DNA of 62,112 nucleotides, the filler included. It is 5 parts of 5 records of this genome, joined end to end, with 100 filler letters (N's around TTAATTAATTAA, not from the genome) between each part and the next. Parts side by side here need not be neighbours in the genome. Positions count along the whole stretch, not along the records: positions 1 to 21,834 come from SRR31156797_7958; positions 21,935 to 28,901 come from SRR31156797_7967; positions 29,002 to 44,416 come from SRR31156797_7968; 2 more parts are not named here. The stretch is one strand, 5' to 3'. Under the pieces are notes generated by a model. That model was not told the origin of the DNA. It did no database searches and saw only the letters and a program-made list of their open reading frames with translations. Each line of letters starts with the position of its first letter. Within the stretch, counting starts at the first letter, position 1. This document shows positions 21,435 through 31,906 of the stretch, piece by piece. Position numbers and translations under genes: made by a program.

Positions 21435-21523
21435 TATTTTGAACGAACCCACGCCAAAGGGCAATATGCCATGGCGCCCGAACAAACAGTTCGTTCAGGC
21501 GCCGAACAGGTAGGAGGAGAGTC

Positions 21524-21834
21524 ATGAAAGAGGAAATCCTTTCCGAGCTTCGTCAGAAAATGAACAAGGCCGTCGATGCCCTTAAGAAAGACTTTCGAAA
21601 AATCAGGACCGGCAGGGCCTCCACAGCGTTGCTGGATGGCATCAAAGTTGATTGCTATGATACGCAAATGCCCATTGACCAGGTTGCCACCATCTCCGCA
21701 CCTGAGAGCCGCCTGCTCACCATTCAGCCCTGGGATCAAACTCTCATGGGGAATGTGGAAAAAAGCATCCTGAAATCGGAATTGGGCCTCACTCCCATGA
21801 ACGACGGTAAAATCATTCGCATCTCCATCCCCCC
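21524..21834 (+). CDS. frr: Ribosome recycling factor (truncated by contig end)
   Basis: KIRTGRASTALLD, LTIQPWD, LGLTPMNDGKIIRI. Confidence 0.96.
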
Positions 21835-21934
21835 NNNNNNNNNNNNNNNNNNNNNNNNNNNNNNNNNNNNNNNNNNNNTTAATTAATTAANNNNNNNNNN
21901 NNNNNNNNNNNNNNNNNNNNNNNNNNNNNNNNNN
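21835..21934. other. Artificial contig spacer (N run with TTAATTAATTAA)
   Basis: 100 nt, central all-frame stop linker. Confidence 0.98.
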
Positions 21935-22714
21935 ATCAACCCCGGCAATTCCGGCGGCGCCCTGATCGCCATGGACGGCCGCCTGGTCGGCATCAATACC
22001 GCCATCTTCTCGAAAAGCGGCGGCTCGCACGGCATCGGGTTCGCCATTCCCGGCAACATGGTGCGCTCGGTCATCGCCGGCCTGACCAACGGCGGCCGAC
22101 TGGTCCGGCCGTGGTTCGGGGCCTGGGGCCAGACGGTCAATTCCGATATCGCCGGATCGCTCGGCATGGACCGGCCGGCCGGCGTGCTGATCCATCACGT
22201 CTATCCGGGCGGCCCGGCGGAACGTGCCGGACTGGATGTCGGCGACGTCGTGCTTGCCGTCGGCGGGCAGCCGGTCGACGATCCGCAGGCGCTGAAATTC
22301 CGCATCGCTACCCAGGTCATCGGCGAAACCGTCCAGTTGTCCGTCTGGCGGCGCGGTATTGAATCCGATCTCGCCCTTTCCCTGGTGGCGCCGCCGGAAA
22401 CCCCGCCCCGGAACCTGACCGAGCTTTCCGGCCGGCATCCCTTGGAAGGCGCCGCGGTCGCCAACATGTCGCCGGCCCTGGCCGAGGAATTGGGCCTCGA
22501 TCTGGTCAGGCCCGGCGTTATCGTCATGCAGCTCCGGCGCGGCGCCACCGCCAGCCGCTTGGGTTTCCGCCCCGGCGACTGGATCCTGGCGATCAACGGC
22601 GAGACCGTCGATACGGTCAGCACGCTGAAGACCGTGCTGTTGCGGCGCGCCATGCGCTGGCGCGTTTCGCTTGAGCGCGGCGGCAAGACGCTGAACTGGG
22701 TGATCGAGCCGTGA
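21935..22714 (+). CDS. DegP/DegQ (HtrA) serine protease, C-terminal part with two PDZ domains
   Basis: INPGNSGGAL catalytic-Ser motif at contig start, GINTAI, GIGFAIP, PDZ motifs. Confidence 0.92.
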   Translation: MNPGNSGGALIAMDGRLVGINTAIFSKSGGSHGIGFAIPGNMVRSVIAGLTNGGRLVRPWFGAWGQTVNSDIAGSLGMDRPAGVLIHHVYPGGPAERAGLDVGDVVLAVGGQPVDDPQALKFRIATQVIGETVQLSVWRRGIESDLALSLVAPPETPPRNLTELSGRHPLEGAAVANMSPALAEELGLDLVRPGVIVMQLRRGATASRLGFRPGDWILAINGETVDTVSTLKTVLLRRAMRWRVSLERGGKTLNWVIEP

Positions 22715-24009
22715 CGACCCTTTTCGAATCCCAGGCGCCCAGGCCGCTGGCCGACCGGTTGCGCCCGGCCAGCTTGGACGACGTCGTTGGCCAGGACCAT
22801 CTGATCGGCCCGGAAGGCCCGATCGCCCGCATGCTGGGCGCCGCCCGGCTGTCGTCGATTATCCTGTGGGGGCCGCCGGGAACGGGCAAGACGACGATTG
22901 CGCGCCTGCTGGCCGAACAGACCGACCTGGTGTTCGAACCGTTATCGGCCGTCTTCTCGGGGGTTGCCGATCTGCGCAAGGTCTTCGATGCCGCCAAGCA
23001 GCGCCGGCTGGCAGGGCGGGGGACTTTGCTGTTCATCGATGAGATCCACCGGTTTAATAGGGCCCAGCAGGACGGGTTTTTGCCCTACGTCGAGGACGGC
23101 ACGGTGATCCTGGTCGGCGCCACCACGGAAAATCCGTCGTTCGAATTGAACGCCCCGCTTCTCTCGCGCTGTCAGGTCCTGGTGCTGAACCGCTTGGACG
23201 ATGCCGCCATGGAGAAGTTGTTGTTGCGCGCCGAAGACGACGAATCCCGGCCCTTGCCGCTCGATGCCGAGGCCCGTGCCGATCTGCGCACCATGGCCGA
23301 CGGCGACGGGCGATATTTGCTGAACATGGCCGAGATGCTGTTCAGCCTGCCGCCCGAACCGGTGCTCGATGCGGCCGCCATGGCCGATGTCGTGCAGCGC
23401 CGGCGCCCGCTTTACGACAAGCACCAGGACGGGCACTTCAACCTGATCAGCGCCCTGCATAAATCCTTGCGCGGATCGGACACCGACGCGGCGCTTTACT
23501 GGTTCGCCCGCATGATCGCCGGCGGCGAGGATCCGCGCTACATCGCCCGCCGCCTGACCCGTTTTGCCGTCGAGGACATCGGCCTGGCCGATCCGCAGGC
23601 GTTGGTTCAGGCCCTGGCCGCCTGGGACGCCTTCGAACGCCTGGGTTCGCCGGAAGGCGACCTCGCTTTGGTGCAACTGGTGATTTATCTGGGCAGCGCG
23701 CCGAAATCGAACGCCGCCTACAAGGCGGAAAAGGCGTCTTCCAAAGCGGCCCGGCAGACCGGGTCTTTGATGCCGCCAAAGCACATCCTCAACGCGCCGA
23801 CCCGGATGATGAAGGATCTCGGTTACGGCGACGGGTATGCCTACGACCACGACGCCGAGGACGGATTTTCCGGGCAGAACTATTTCCCCGAGGGCATGGG
23901 CCGGCAGCGATTTTTCCGTCCCGGCGAGCGCGGCTTCGAGCGCGAAATCGGCAAGCGGCTGGAATACTGGGATGGCTTGCGAAAGACCCGCAAAAGCAAG
24001 GGGGATTGA
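22711..24009 (+). CDS. rarA: Replication-associated recombination protein A (MgsA AAA+)
   Basis: PLADRLRP, WGPPGTGKTT, FIDEIHRFN, GATTENPSF, SALHKSLRGSD. Confidence 0.96.
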   Translation: MTTLFESQAPRPLADRLRPASLDDVVGQDHLIGPEGPIARMLGAARLSSIILWGPPGTGKTTIARLLAEQTDLVFEPLSAVFSGVADLRKVFDAAKQRRLAGRGTLLFIDEIHRFNRAQQDGFLPYVEDGTVILVGATTENPSFELNAPLLSRCQVLVLNRLDDAAMEKLLLRAEDDESRPLPLDAEARADLRTMADGDGRYLLNMAEMLFSLPPEPVLDAAAMADVVQRRRPLYDKHQDGHFNLISALHKSLRGSDTDAALYWFARMIAGGEDPRYIARRLTRFAVEDIGLADPQALVQALAAWDAFERLGSPEGDLALVQLVIYLGSAPKSNAAYKAEKASSKAARQTGSLMPPKHILNAPTRMMKDLGYGDGYAYDHDAEDGFSGQNYFPEGMGRQRFFRPGERGFEREIGKRLEYWDGLRKTRKSKGD

Positions 24010-24042
24010 ATTTTCGCCCCGAATCCCTCACATTTCACGGCG

Positions 24043-24092
24043 ATGGGGATGGAGTCCCCCGAAACCGCCCGCCATGGCTGATGACTCCTAAA
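24043..24092 (+). ncRNA. Fluoride riboswitch (crcB motif)
   Basis: GGGGATGGAGTCCCCC...AAACCGC...GCTGATGACTCCTA matches the crcB aptamer pattern including the GGAG/CTCC pseudoknot; lies upstream of crcB. Confidence 0.9.
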
Positions 24093-24204
24093 TCGCGACT
24101 TGAAAAGAAAAAAGGGCAGGGTTGCGGTCTCTCGATCGTCCCGGGGCGGTTTGTGTTTGTCCCGTACGGAAGATGAAGCCGGACGTGTCCGGAGCGGGAT
24201 AAAA

Positions 24205-24591
24205 TTGATTTCGACCAAACTGTTGATCAGCGTCGCCGCCGGCGGCGCGATAGGGGCCGTCGGACGTTACGTCGTGGCGGGGTATGTGTCGCAGATGACG
24301 GCCGGTGAATTCCCTTACGGGACGCTGACGGTCAATATCGTCGGCTCGCTGGTGATGGGGGCGCTGGTGGCGCTGTTGGGCATCGCCTGGTCGCCGGGGC
24401 CGGAGGTCCGGGCCTTTCTGACCACCGGCGTGCTTGGCGCCTTCACGACGTTTTCGCTGTTTTCGCTCGATCTCGCGTCGATGATCGAACGCGGCGACAT
24501 GATGTCGGCCGGCGCCTACGCCTCGGCCTCGGTACTGCTTTGCGTTGGCGGATTTTTTGTCGGCAACCAATTGATACGCACGATGGTCTGA
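24205..24591 (+). CDS. crcB: Fluoride efflux channel Fluc/CrcB
   Basis: GGAIGAVGRY, FPYGTLTVNIVGS, TGVLGAFTTFS; probable TTG start at 24205. Confidence 0.93.
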   Translation: MISTKLLISVAAGGAIGAVGRYVVAGYVSQMTAGEFPYGTLTVNIVGSLVMGALVALLGIAWSPGPEVRAFLTTGVLGAFTTFSLFSLDLASMIERGDMMSAGAYASASVLLCVGGFFVGNQLIRTMV

Positions 24592-25574
24592 TGGTGGCGG
24601 GACAGGTCCTATCGGTCGCGCATGACGAAGCTGGCATTCGGCTCGATCGCTGGTTCAAGCGGCATTTCCCGGACATTCCCCACGGCCGCCTCGAAAAGCT
24701 GCTGCGGACCGGCCAGATCCGGCTCGACGGCAAGCGCGCCAAATCGAACATGCGCATCGAGGCCGGGCAGGTCGTGCGCGTCCCGCCGCTGCCCGACGAG
24801 GCTCCGGCCCGGCCGCGCAAATCGCCGCCGCCGCCCGCGATCTCCCCTGAAATGGCCGATACGGTGCAGGGCTGGGTCCTGCATCGCGACGACGACGTCA
24901 TCGCCATCGACAAGCCGGCCGGGCTCGCCGTGCAGGGCGGCAGCAAGACGGTCAACCACCTGGACGCCATGCTCGACGCTTTGCGTTTCGGGTCCAAGCA
25001 TCGGCCGCGCCTGGTTCATCGGCTGGACAAGGATACCTCCGGCGTCCTGCTGTTGGCCCGTCACCCGGCCGCCGCCACGGCCCTGGCCGCCGCTTTCAAA
25101 TCGAAGACGGCGCGTAAACTTTACTGGGCGGTTGTCGTCGGCGTGCCGTCGCCCGACGCAGGCACCATCGATCTGTCGTTGGGCAAGGTCGGCGGCCAGC
25201 GCGGCGAACGCGTCGTCGCCTCGGCCGGGGGCGGCAAACGGGCGATCACCGATTACGCGCTCATCGACCGTGCCGGCAAACGGGCCGCCCTGGTGGCGCT
25301 GTCGCCGCTCACGGGCCGGACCCATCAGCTGCGCGTCCATATGGCCGAGCTGGGCACGCCGATCTTAGGCGACGGCAAATACGGCGGCAGCGAAGCCTTC
25401 CTTGAAATGGACGGCTACGAGCGTCGCCTGCACCTGCATGCCCGCTCGATCCGCCTGCCGCACCCCAAAGGCGGGGAATTGCACATCGAGGCGCCGCCGT
25501 CGGCCCATATCCGGCAAACGCTGGCCCTGCTCGGTCTCGACGCTTCCCTCGCCGGCCGCATCGAATTTCCCTGA
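24591..25574 (+). CDS. RluA/RluC-family pseudouridine synthase
   Basis: S4-like RLDRWF, DKPAGLAVQGG, HRLDKDTSG, TGRTHQLRVH, GDGKYG; TGATG overlap with crcB. Confidence 0.93.
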   Translation: MVAGQVLSVAHDEAGIRLDRWFKRHFPDIPHGRLEKLLRTGQIRLDGKRAKSNMRIEAGQVVRVPPLPDEAPARPRKSPPPPAISPEMADTVQGWVLHRDDDVIAIDKPAGLAVQGGSKTVNHLDAMLDALRFGSKHRPRLVHRLDKDTSGVLLLARHPAAATALAAAFKSKTARKLYWAVVVGVPSPDAGTIDLSLGKVGGQRGERVVASAGGGKRAITDYALIDRAGKRAALVALSPLTGRTHQLRVHMAELGTPILGDGKYGGSEAFLEMDGYERRLHLHARSIRLPHPKGGELHIEAPPSAHIRQTLALLGLDASLAGRIEFP

Positions 25575-25686
25575 TCGGGCGGCCGAAACGGCACCACACC
25601 GTAAGAACGGCCTTGCCTGGACCTTTCCGATATGCCAAAGCCGGTGCCGAGGATTTCACGAACCTGGATTTGAAACGAAAAATATT

Positions 25687-26916
25687 ATGACCGCACCGCA
25701 AACGCTCTTGAACGAAGCCCTTTCGAAAACCTCCGGCCCGCTACTTGCCGGCGGCATGAGCCGGCTTGGCACCGAGTCCGCCTTCGACGTGCTGGCCAAG
25801 GCCAAGGCGATGGAAGAGGCTGGACGGGACATCATCAATCTCGGCATCGGACAGCCCGATTTTGCAACGCCGCCGAATATCGTCGAGGCCGCCGTCAAAG
25901 CACTTAGGGATGGCCATCACGGCTATACGCCGGCCAACGGTACCCTGGCGCTCAGAGAGGCCGTTGCCGAGGACGTCGAGAAATTCCGCGGTGTGGCGAT
26001 CGATCCAGGCAATGTCCTGGTCGTTCCGGGCGGCAAGGTGACGATGTTCTTCGCGGTGCTGATGTTCGGCGAACCGGGGGCCGAGATCCTCTATCCGAAC
26101 CCGGGTTTTCCGATCTATGAATCGGTCATCAAGTTCACCGGCGCCAAGGCGGTTCCGATTCCGCTGCACGAGGAAACCGGATTTTCCTTCAATGCCCAGG
26201 AGGTACTCGACCGGATCACGCCGGCGACCCGCCTGATCATCCTCAACAGCCCGGCCAACCCGACCGGCGGCGTCGTCCCGCGCGAGGAATTCGACCGGCT
26301 GGTCGAGGGGTTGCAGGCGCACCCGCAGGTCTTCGTCATGAGCGACGAGATCTACAGCCGCATGCTCTATGACGGGCGCCGGCATGTCAGTCTGCTTGGT
26401 TATGAAAGCTTGCGCGACCGCCTGATCCTGCTGGACGGATGGAGCAAGACCTACGCCATGACCGGTTGGCGCATGGGTTACAGCATCTGGCCGGCATCCT
26501 TGATCGAAAAGGCGACGCGGCTGTGCATCAACTGTCATTCCTGCGTCAATGCGGTGGCGCAGCAGGCCGGGATCGAGGCCCTCAGGGGGCCGCAGGAAGC
26601 AGTCGGCGAGATGGTCAAAGCATTCGATGCGCGCCGCAAGGTGGTCGTCGATGAACTGAACGCCATTCCCGGTTTTCGCTGCATCGTGCCGGGCGGGGCG
26701 TTTTATGCCTTCCCAAACATCAGCGGTACCGGCATCAACGCCCACGACATGCAGGATCTTCTGTTGGATAAGGCCGGCGTCACGGCCATCGCCGGAACCA
26801 GCTTCGGCGCCTTCGGCGAGGGCTACTTGCGTATTTCCTATGCCAACAGCGTCGAGAACATCCGCGAAGCCATGTCCCGCATCAAGGATTGCCTGGCCGA
26901 ACACGGTCAGGGCTAA
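25687..26916 (+). CDS. PLP-dependent class I/II (aspartate-type) aminotransferase
   Basis: LGIGQPDF, NSPANPTG, SDEIY, GWSKTYAMTGWRMG, GAFYAFP. Confidence 0.93.
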   Translation: MTAPQTLLNEALSKTSGPLLAGGMSRLGTESAFDVLAKAKAMEEAGRDIINLGIGQPDFATPPNIVEAAVKALRDGHHGYTPANGTLALREAVAEDVEKFRGVAIDPGNVLVVPGGKVTMFFAVLMFGEPGAEILYPNPGFPIYESVIKFTGAKAVPIPLHEETGFSFNAQEVLDRITPATRLIILNSPANPTGGVVPREEFDRLVEGLQAHPQVFVMSDEIYSRMLYDGRRHVSLLGYESLRDRLILLDGWSKTYAMTGWRMGYSIWPASLIEKATRLCINCHSCVNAVAQQAGIEALRGPQEAVGEMVKAFDARRKVVVDELNAIPGFRCIVPGGAFYAFPNISGTGINAHDMQDLLLDKAGVTAIAGTSFGAFGEGYLRISYANSVENIREAMSRIKDCLAEHGQG

Positions 26917-26962
26917 TCGATCCAATTGCGACGATCGCGATTGTCGTTTGGCCGCTCGTTAT

Positions 26963-26976
26963 TTGGAACGTTCCAA
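26963..26976. promoter_or_regulatory. LacI-family operator upstream of the aldolase
   Basis: Perfect palindrome TTGGAACGTTCCAA with central CG. Confidence 0.7.
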
Positions 26977-27087
26977 TTTCTTCTGGCTGTTCCATGACCG
27001 CGACCGTATAATTATTTGACCGGACCATATGGACCGTACGATCCGGGCGAAGAAAAGGCGAACAGCCGAAAATCTAAGGAGAACAAA

Positions 27088-27858
27088 ATGTATCGGGAGA
27101 ACATCCTTCGAAAACGTCTGGCTGCCGGCAAGAAGGTTTATGGTTGCTGGGTTCAGTTTCTCGATCCCGGGGTCACCGAAATTCTCTCCTACGTCGGTTT
27201 CGATTTTCTTCTGGTCGACAACGAGCACGGACCGGGGGACGTGCTCAGCACGGCCAACCAACACCGCGCCGCCGCCGCAACCGATACGACGTTGGTCGTG
27301 CGGGTGCCGTGGAACGATTCGATCTATCTGAAAAAAATCCTCGACGTCGGTACCGAAGCCGTCATGGTCCCGATGATCGAGACGGCCGAACAGGCCGCCG
27401 CCGCGGTTGCCGCCTGTCGCTATCCTCCCCGCGGAATCCGGGGAATTGCACACACCGATGTCCGTGCTTCCGACTATGGCATGAAGGCGATGGAATATCT
27501 GGAAACGGCTTCCGACAACGTGTTCGTGATCTGCCAGATCGAATCGGTCAAGGGCGTCGAAAATGCCGAAGCCATCTCCGCGGTGGACGGCGTCGATATG
27601 ATCCTGATCGGCCCGTTCGACCTTTCCGCCAGTCTTGGCCGGCCGGCCGATTTCGAGAACCCGCAGCACGTTGAAATGATGACCCGCACCCGTCAGGCCG
27701 TAAAGGATGCCGGGAAATTCCTTGGCACGACCCCCTATGGCGGACGTTCCCCGGCCGAACTTTTCGAGCAGGGATACGACCTGATTGTCGGAAAAGCCGA
27801 CGTCGGGATGCTTCGCGATGCCGCTATCGAGCAGGTAAAGGCCCATAAACCAGGCTAA
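27088..27858 (+). CDS. HpcH/HpaI-family aldolase
   Basis: GFDFLLVDNEHG, VRVPWND, RYPPRGIRG, QIES, IGPFDLSASLG; AAGGAG RBS. Confidence 0.92.
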   Translation: MYRENILRKRLAAGKKVYGCWVQFLDPGVTEILSYVGFDFLLVDNEHGPGDVLSTANQHRAAAATDTTLVVRVPWNDSIYLKKILDVGTEAVMVPMIETAEQAAAAVAACRYPPRGIRGIAHTDVRASDYGMKAMEYLETASDNVFVICQIESVKGVENAEAISAVDGVDMILIGPFDLSASLGRPADFENPQHVEMMTRTRQAVKDAGKFLGTTPYGGRSPAELFEQGYDLIVGKADVGMLRDAAIEQVKAHKPG

Positions 27859-27918
27859 TTCAAAGGGTGTCTGGCAAGTTTAGCCCCGAACCGGACCGGC
27901 GGCACCAGGGGCGATCCG

Positions 27919-27964
27919 TTGACAATTTGCGGGGAAATCAGTACCATATTTGGATCGTTCCAAT
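27919..27964 (+). promoter_or_regulatory. sigma70 promoter plus LacI operator (autoregulation)
   Basis: TTGACA-17 nt-TACCAT followed immediately by TTGGATCGTTCCAA (one mismatch from the 26963 site). Confidence 0.7.
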
Positions 27965-28037
27965 AGTGAAACCAGGAAACAAAAAAAGTTGGGGAGTTGG
28001 AACTAGACGGATGGAGCGACTGTCGGGTTCCTAAAAT

Positions 28038-28901
28038 TTGGTCTTAATTCGCTGGGGACGACTCGGTCTTGTGCCTTCTGTAGAAACGAGACATAGCCGT
28101 GCAGGCCGAGCGACGTTGAAAGACGTCGCCGCCCGTGCGGGCGTATCCAAGTCCACCGTCTCGCTTGTGTTGCGCGAGTCCTCGTTGGTTGCCGATTCGA
28201 CACGGACGAAGGTACGCGGCGCGATCGATGAAATCGGCTATGTCTATAACCGCGGCGCCGCAACCATGCGTTCGGCGAAAACCAATATGGTGGCGCTTCT
28301 GGTGCCGCAGATCGACAACCCGTTTTTCGGCGAAATGACGGCCGGCGCGGACGACGCGTTGGACCAGGCCGGTTTTGTCTCTTTTCTGGCGAACACCTCC
28401 GAGCGCCCGAACCGGCAGGACCGGTTCCTGGATCGGATGCGTGAGCACAATATTGACGGGGTAATCGTCTGCCCGGCGCACGGCACGAAACCGGATCTGG
28501 TCCGTCGCTTGAACGATTGGGGAATACCCTGCGTTCAGGCGATGCGTCATGTTCACGTCAAAGGCGCCGATTTCGTCGCGCCGGATTTCAGTCTCGGCTC
28601 AATGATGGCGATCGATCATCTTGCGGGATTGGGCCACACCAGAATTGCCTTTGTCGGTGGTGCTTTCCCGATTTCGGTGACGAAGGAACGGCAATCCGGA
28701 TTTCGCGCCGCCATGCGCCGCCATGGACTGGCCGACGACCTGATCTTCCCTTGTTATTCAAGCTTTCGAGGCGGATTGACCGTCATTCGCGATGTCCTGG
28801 AAACGCCGAACCCGCCAACGGCTGTTTTCTGTTTTAACGACATCGTGGCCATGGGTGTTACGGCTGGATTGAACACAATGGGCGTTCGTGTCGGTTCCGA
28901 A
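28038..28901 (+). CDS. LacI-family transcriptional regulator (truncated; start uncertain)
   Basis: ATLKDVAARAGVSKSTVSLVL HTH, GYVYNRGA hinge, PTAVFCFNDIVAMG. Confidence 0.93.
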
Positions 28902-29001
28902 NNNNNNNNNNNNNNNNNNNNNNNNNNNNNNNNNNNNNNNNNNNNTTAATTAATTAANNNNNNNNNNNNNNNNNNNNNNNNNNNNNNNNNNNNNNNNNNN
29001 N
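28902..29001. other. Artificial contig spacer
   Basis: N run with TTAATTAATTAA. Confidence 0.98.
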
Positions 29002-30589
29002 TATTGTTCTCTCCGTGCATCATTACTAGATATTCAGGCGCATATCGCTCGATCAAATCATCAATTGCAAAAAAGCTCCACATGATACCCATGTTGTCCA
29101 TACTGGACGATCCGGCAACGGTCCCAGAGGTATAATACGCACACGATTCTGCCGGCATGGTAAAATCCACATCCACATGCCCTTCGGTGATTCGCGGGCA
29201 TTCATTGATTGTCCCGCCTACAAGCAGCAATGTGCCTTGATTCAATGACGGGTTCTCGATTTCCGGAACATATCCATCGGTTACGCCGGTATTGGATAGA
29301 TGCCCGACATGAGGACCAATCCAAGCAGTTCCGTTAAAGTCTCCGCCTGCAGGCAATTGGGAAGCAACGCCCTGACCCAATGCGTTGGAACTGTTTGACA
29401 CGATATAATCGCTCAAATCCAGATCCGAACCAACGGTGAATCCCGGATCGAATAGATGGTTCGTATGATTTTGTACAATCAGGCCATTGGTATCTATTTG
29501 TTTTTGATACCAAAACTCATAAAAATAAGAGGATCGGATGCTAATGTTCGCCCTGTCTCTCGCTGTTGTCCAATAGATGTTATTGGTAAATTGGTCCTTA
29601 AGGGTAGAAGCCCCGCCATCAAACGAGGCCCAGGATACGACGTGCTGATCGAGTAAATCCGACCCCTCGGCCAAGGTATAAAAAACATTGTTGTACACTT
29701 CCCATGCGGTAAGCTGTGGTGTAGAAAGATCCAGATTTTTGGTAAACAACCAAGGCCTTGGCGCCTGAGTAGATACAACGAAGGTGTTGTTTTTTACCGT
29801 GAATGCCGAAACGTACTCGCCACCCGCGCAAAACTCTCCAATTTTATTTTCGTTGGTTGCATCCGCCCACCCCTTAAAAACCACCAAATTCGATTCCAGG
29901 GTAATCGCAAAATCAGCGTCAACCTGCGCCCCGCCGAGGACTCGCCAATAATGCGTAGAGCATTGGTCATAAATCAGACATCTTCTGAAGGTTACATCTA
30001 TGCCTTTTTGATTGTTTGCATGAAATTTTAAAAATGCCCCGCCATCTGCTCCGGGATTGAAATCCCCAATCTTACAGTCCTCGAACACATAGTTTACAAC
30101 GCCCTCTTCCTCATCATCACCATCCAAGGGATACAACATATCGGTGTCTGATTCGTCGCTGAAAACGAACCGAATCCCGCGCCAGAGGATTTGTTTGCCC
30201 GTTCCGGGGTGTATGGCCAGATAGGCATCTTCTACCGGATCCGACAAATCCAGCTGAACGCCTTTTTCTACTCCGTAGTGGGAGTCTTCTGCCTGTATGG
30301 TTATATTTCCTGCCCTGGACAGCCTCTCATTGGTTCCCATTGTGGACGCGACAATCCCTGATGAACCATACAGCAGCGTAACAGTGCTATCCACATCTTC
30401 CCCAACACGATTGTCAAGCATATAACCAAGGGAGAAACAAGGTGTCCCGATCTCACCGCATGTGTCGTCGTCTGTCCCCTGATCCGAAACATAACAGGCG
30501 TCTCCGTTTACAATGGTTCCACCGCAATCGGCCCCGGCGATTGCGCAAAGGCTAACAATAAGAATCAGTGATAAAACAATCGACTTCAT
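29002..30589 (-). CDS. Secreted acidic protein, probable beta-helix region (truncated at contig edge)
   Basis: Signal peptide MKSIVLSLILIVSLCAIAGA; YVSDQGTDDDTCG...PC; beta-helix-like VKNNTFV, VYNNVFY, FTNNIYW. Confidence 0.6.
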
Positions 30590-30620
30590 AGAGGTCTCCA
30601 TGTAGTAATACGGCAATTCA

Positions 30621-31832
30621 TCAAAACTTCTCGACAAGGTTGATAAATTGCCGGGCTTGGGTATTCCGGTTAAAGTGGATTTCGACATAGCGGCGTGCCG
30701 AAGCACCCATCGCTTTTGCCCGGCCTGCATCATCATGCAATTTTACTATCGCATCAGCCAAAGCCTCCGCGTTTCCTGGCGGTACAAATAATCCGCCGGA
30801 AGCCTTTTCCACGACGTCACGGATGACACCGTCGATGGCAAGAACGGTCGGCCGACCGGCAGCCATGTAGTCAAAAACCTTGTTGGGATAAGTCGTTTTG
30901 AACATGGGGATATTCAAAAGCGTCGCAATACAAGCATCGGATGCTGCCAAGACATCCGGCATATCGCTTTTGGGCTGGGGTCCGGTAAAAGTAACATTTT
31001 CAAGGCCCAGGGACTGAGTTGCAGCTTCCAGTTTAGGCCTGTCTTTACCATCACCCACGAGCAGGAAATGAATGTCTGACCTGCCCTTGACGATTTTAGC
31101 AGCGTTAAGAATCGTCGAAATGTCATTGGCCATGCCCAGCGCTCCGGCGTAGGTGGCAACGAACTTCTCTTCCAATTGAAATTTTTCCCGAAACCGGCTG
31201 CCCGTATCCGAGGGGTTGAACATTTCCGGGTCCACACCATTGGGAATTAAAGTAACTTTCTCCTTTGAAATGCCCTTTTGGATCAAATACTCCCGGTAGG
31301 CGGGTGAATTGACCATCAAGTGTGTGGCCTGATGGTATAGGAAACGTTCCATACGGCGGGAGAGCCAAATCAGGACCGGGTTTTTCAAAACACCCATGTC
31401 GATGGCGAACTCGGGCCAGAGGTCCCTGATTTCCAATAAAAAGGGTTTCCCCTTCAACTTTGCCACCAACCACGCGGAAACAGCCTGAAAAATCGGCGGA
31501 GAGGTCCCTATTACCAAATCTACCTTCTTGGCACGCATTCCGGCGATAACCGAGCTGACCATGAAGCTCAGAAAGCTGATCACCCGCCAAACAAAACTTT
31601 TGTGTAGAGCGGAGTAGGTGCAGGCACGCAGAACGTCTACACCATTTGCTTTCTCGGCGGTTACGATGCGGTTGTCAGCGGTAATTCGCTTGCCGTCAAT
31701 GTATGAGACATTGCTGGCGACGATGGTAAAACGGTGTCTTTGTTTCAGGCAGCGCTGGGCAAATTCAAAATGACGGGTGCCGCCGGCCTGTTTTGGAGAG
31801 ACGAAGGCTTGATGGAGCAGGAGAATATGCAT
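30621..31832 (-). CDS. Glycosyltransferase family 4 (WbuB-like)
   Basis: GGTRH, TSPPIF, EIRDLWPE, YAGALG, PNKVFDYMAAGRP. Confidence 0.92.
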   Translation of the reverse strand: MHILLLHQAFVSPKQAGGTRHFEFAQRCLKQRHRFTIVASNVSYIDGKRITADNRIVTAEKANGVDVLRACTYSALHKSFVWRVISFLSFMVSSVIAGMRAKKVDLVIGTSPPIFQAVSAWLVAKLKGKPFLLEIRDLWPEFAIDMGVLKNPVLIWLSRRMERFLYHQATHLMVNSPAYREYLIQKGISKEKVTLIPNGVDPEMFNPSDTGSRFREKFQLEEKFVATYAGALGMANDISTILNAAKIVKGRSDIHFLLVGDGKDRPKLEAATQSLGLENVTFTGPQPKSDMPDVLAASDACIATLLNIPMFKTTYPNKVFDYMAAGRPTVLAIDGVIRDVVEKASGGLFVPPGNAEALADAIVKLHDDAGRAKAMGASARRYVEIHFNRNTQARQFINLVEKF

Positions 31833-31906
31833 TTTACATTTTTTCCGCTGATTACGCAGATTCAACCTATTGGTTTGAAGGTTAGACAGAGATGAAATCG
31901 TCTTTT

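Noticed and set aside
21879-21890. Repeated TTAATTAATTAA palindrome (four copies)
   Set aside because: Assembly linker inside N runs, not biological
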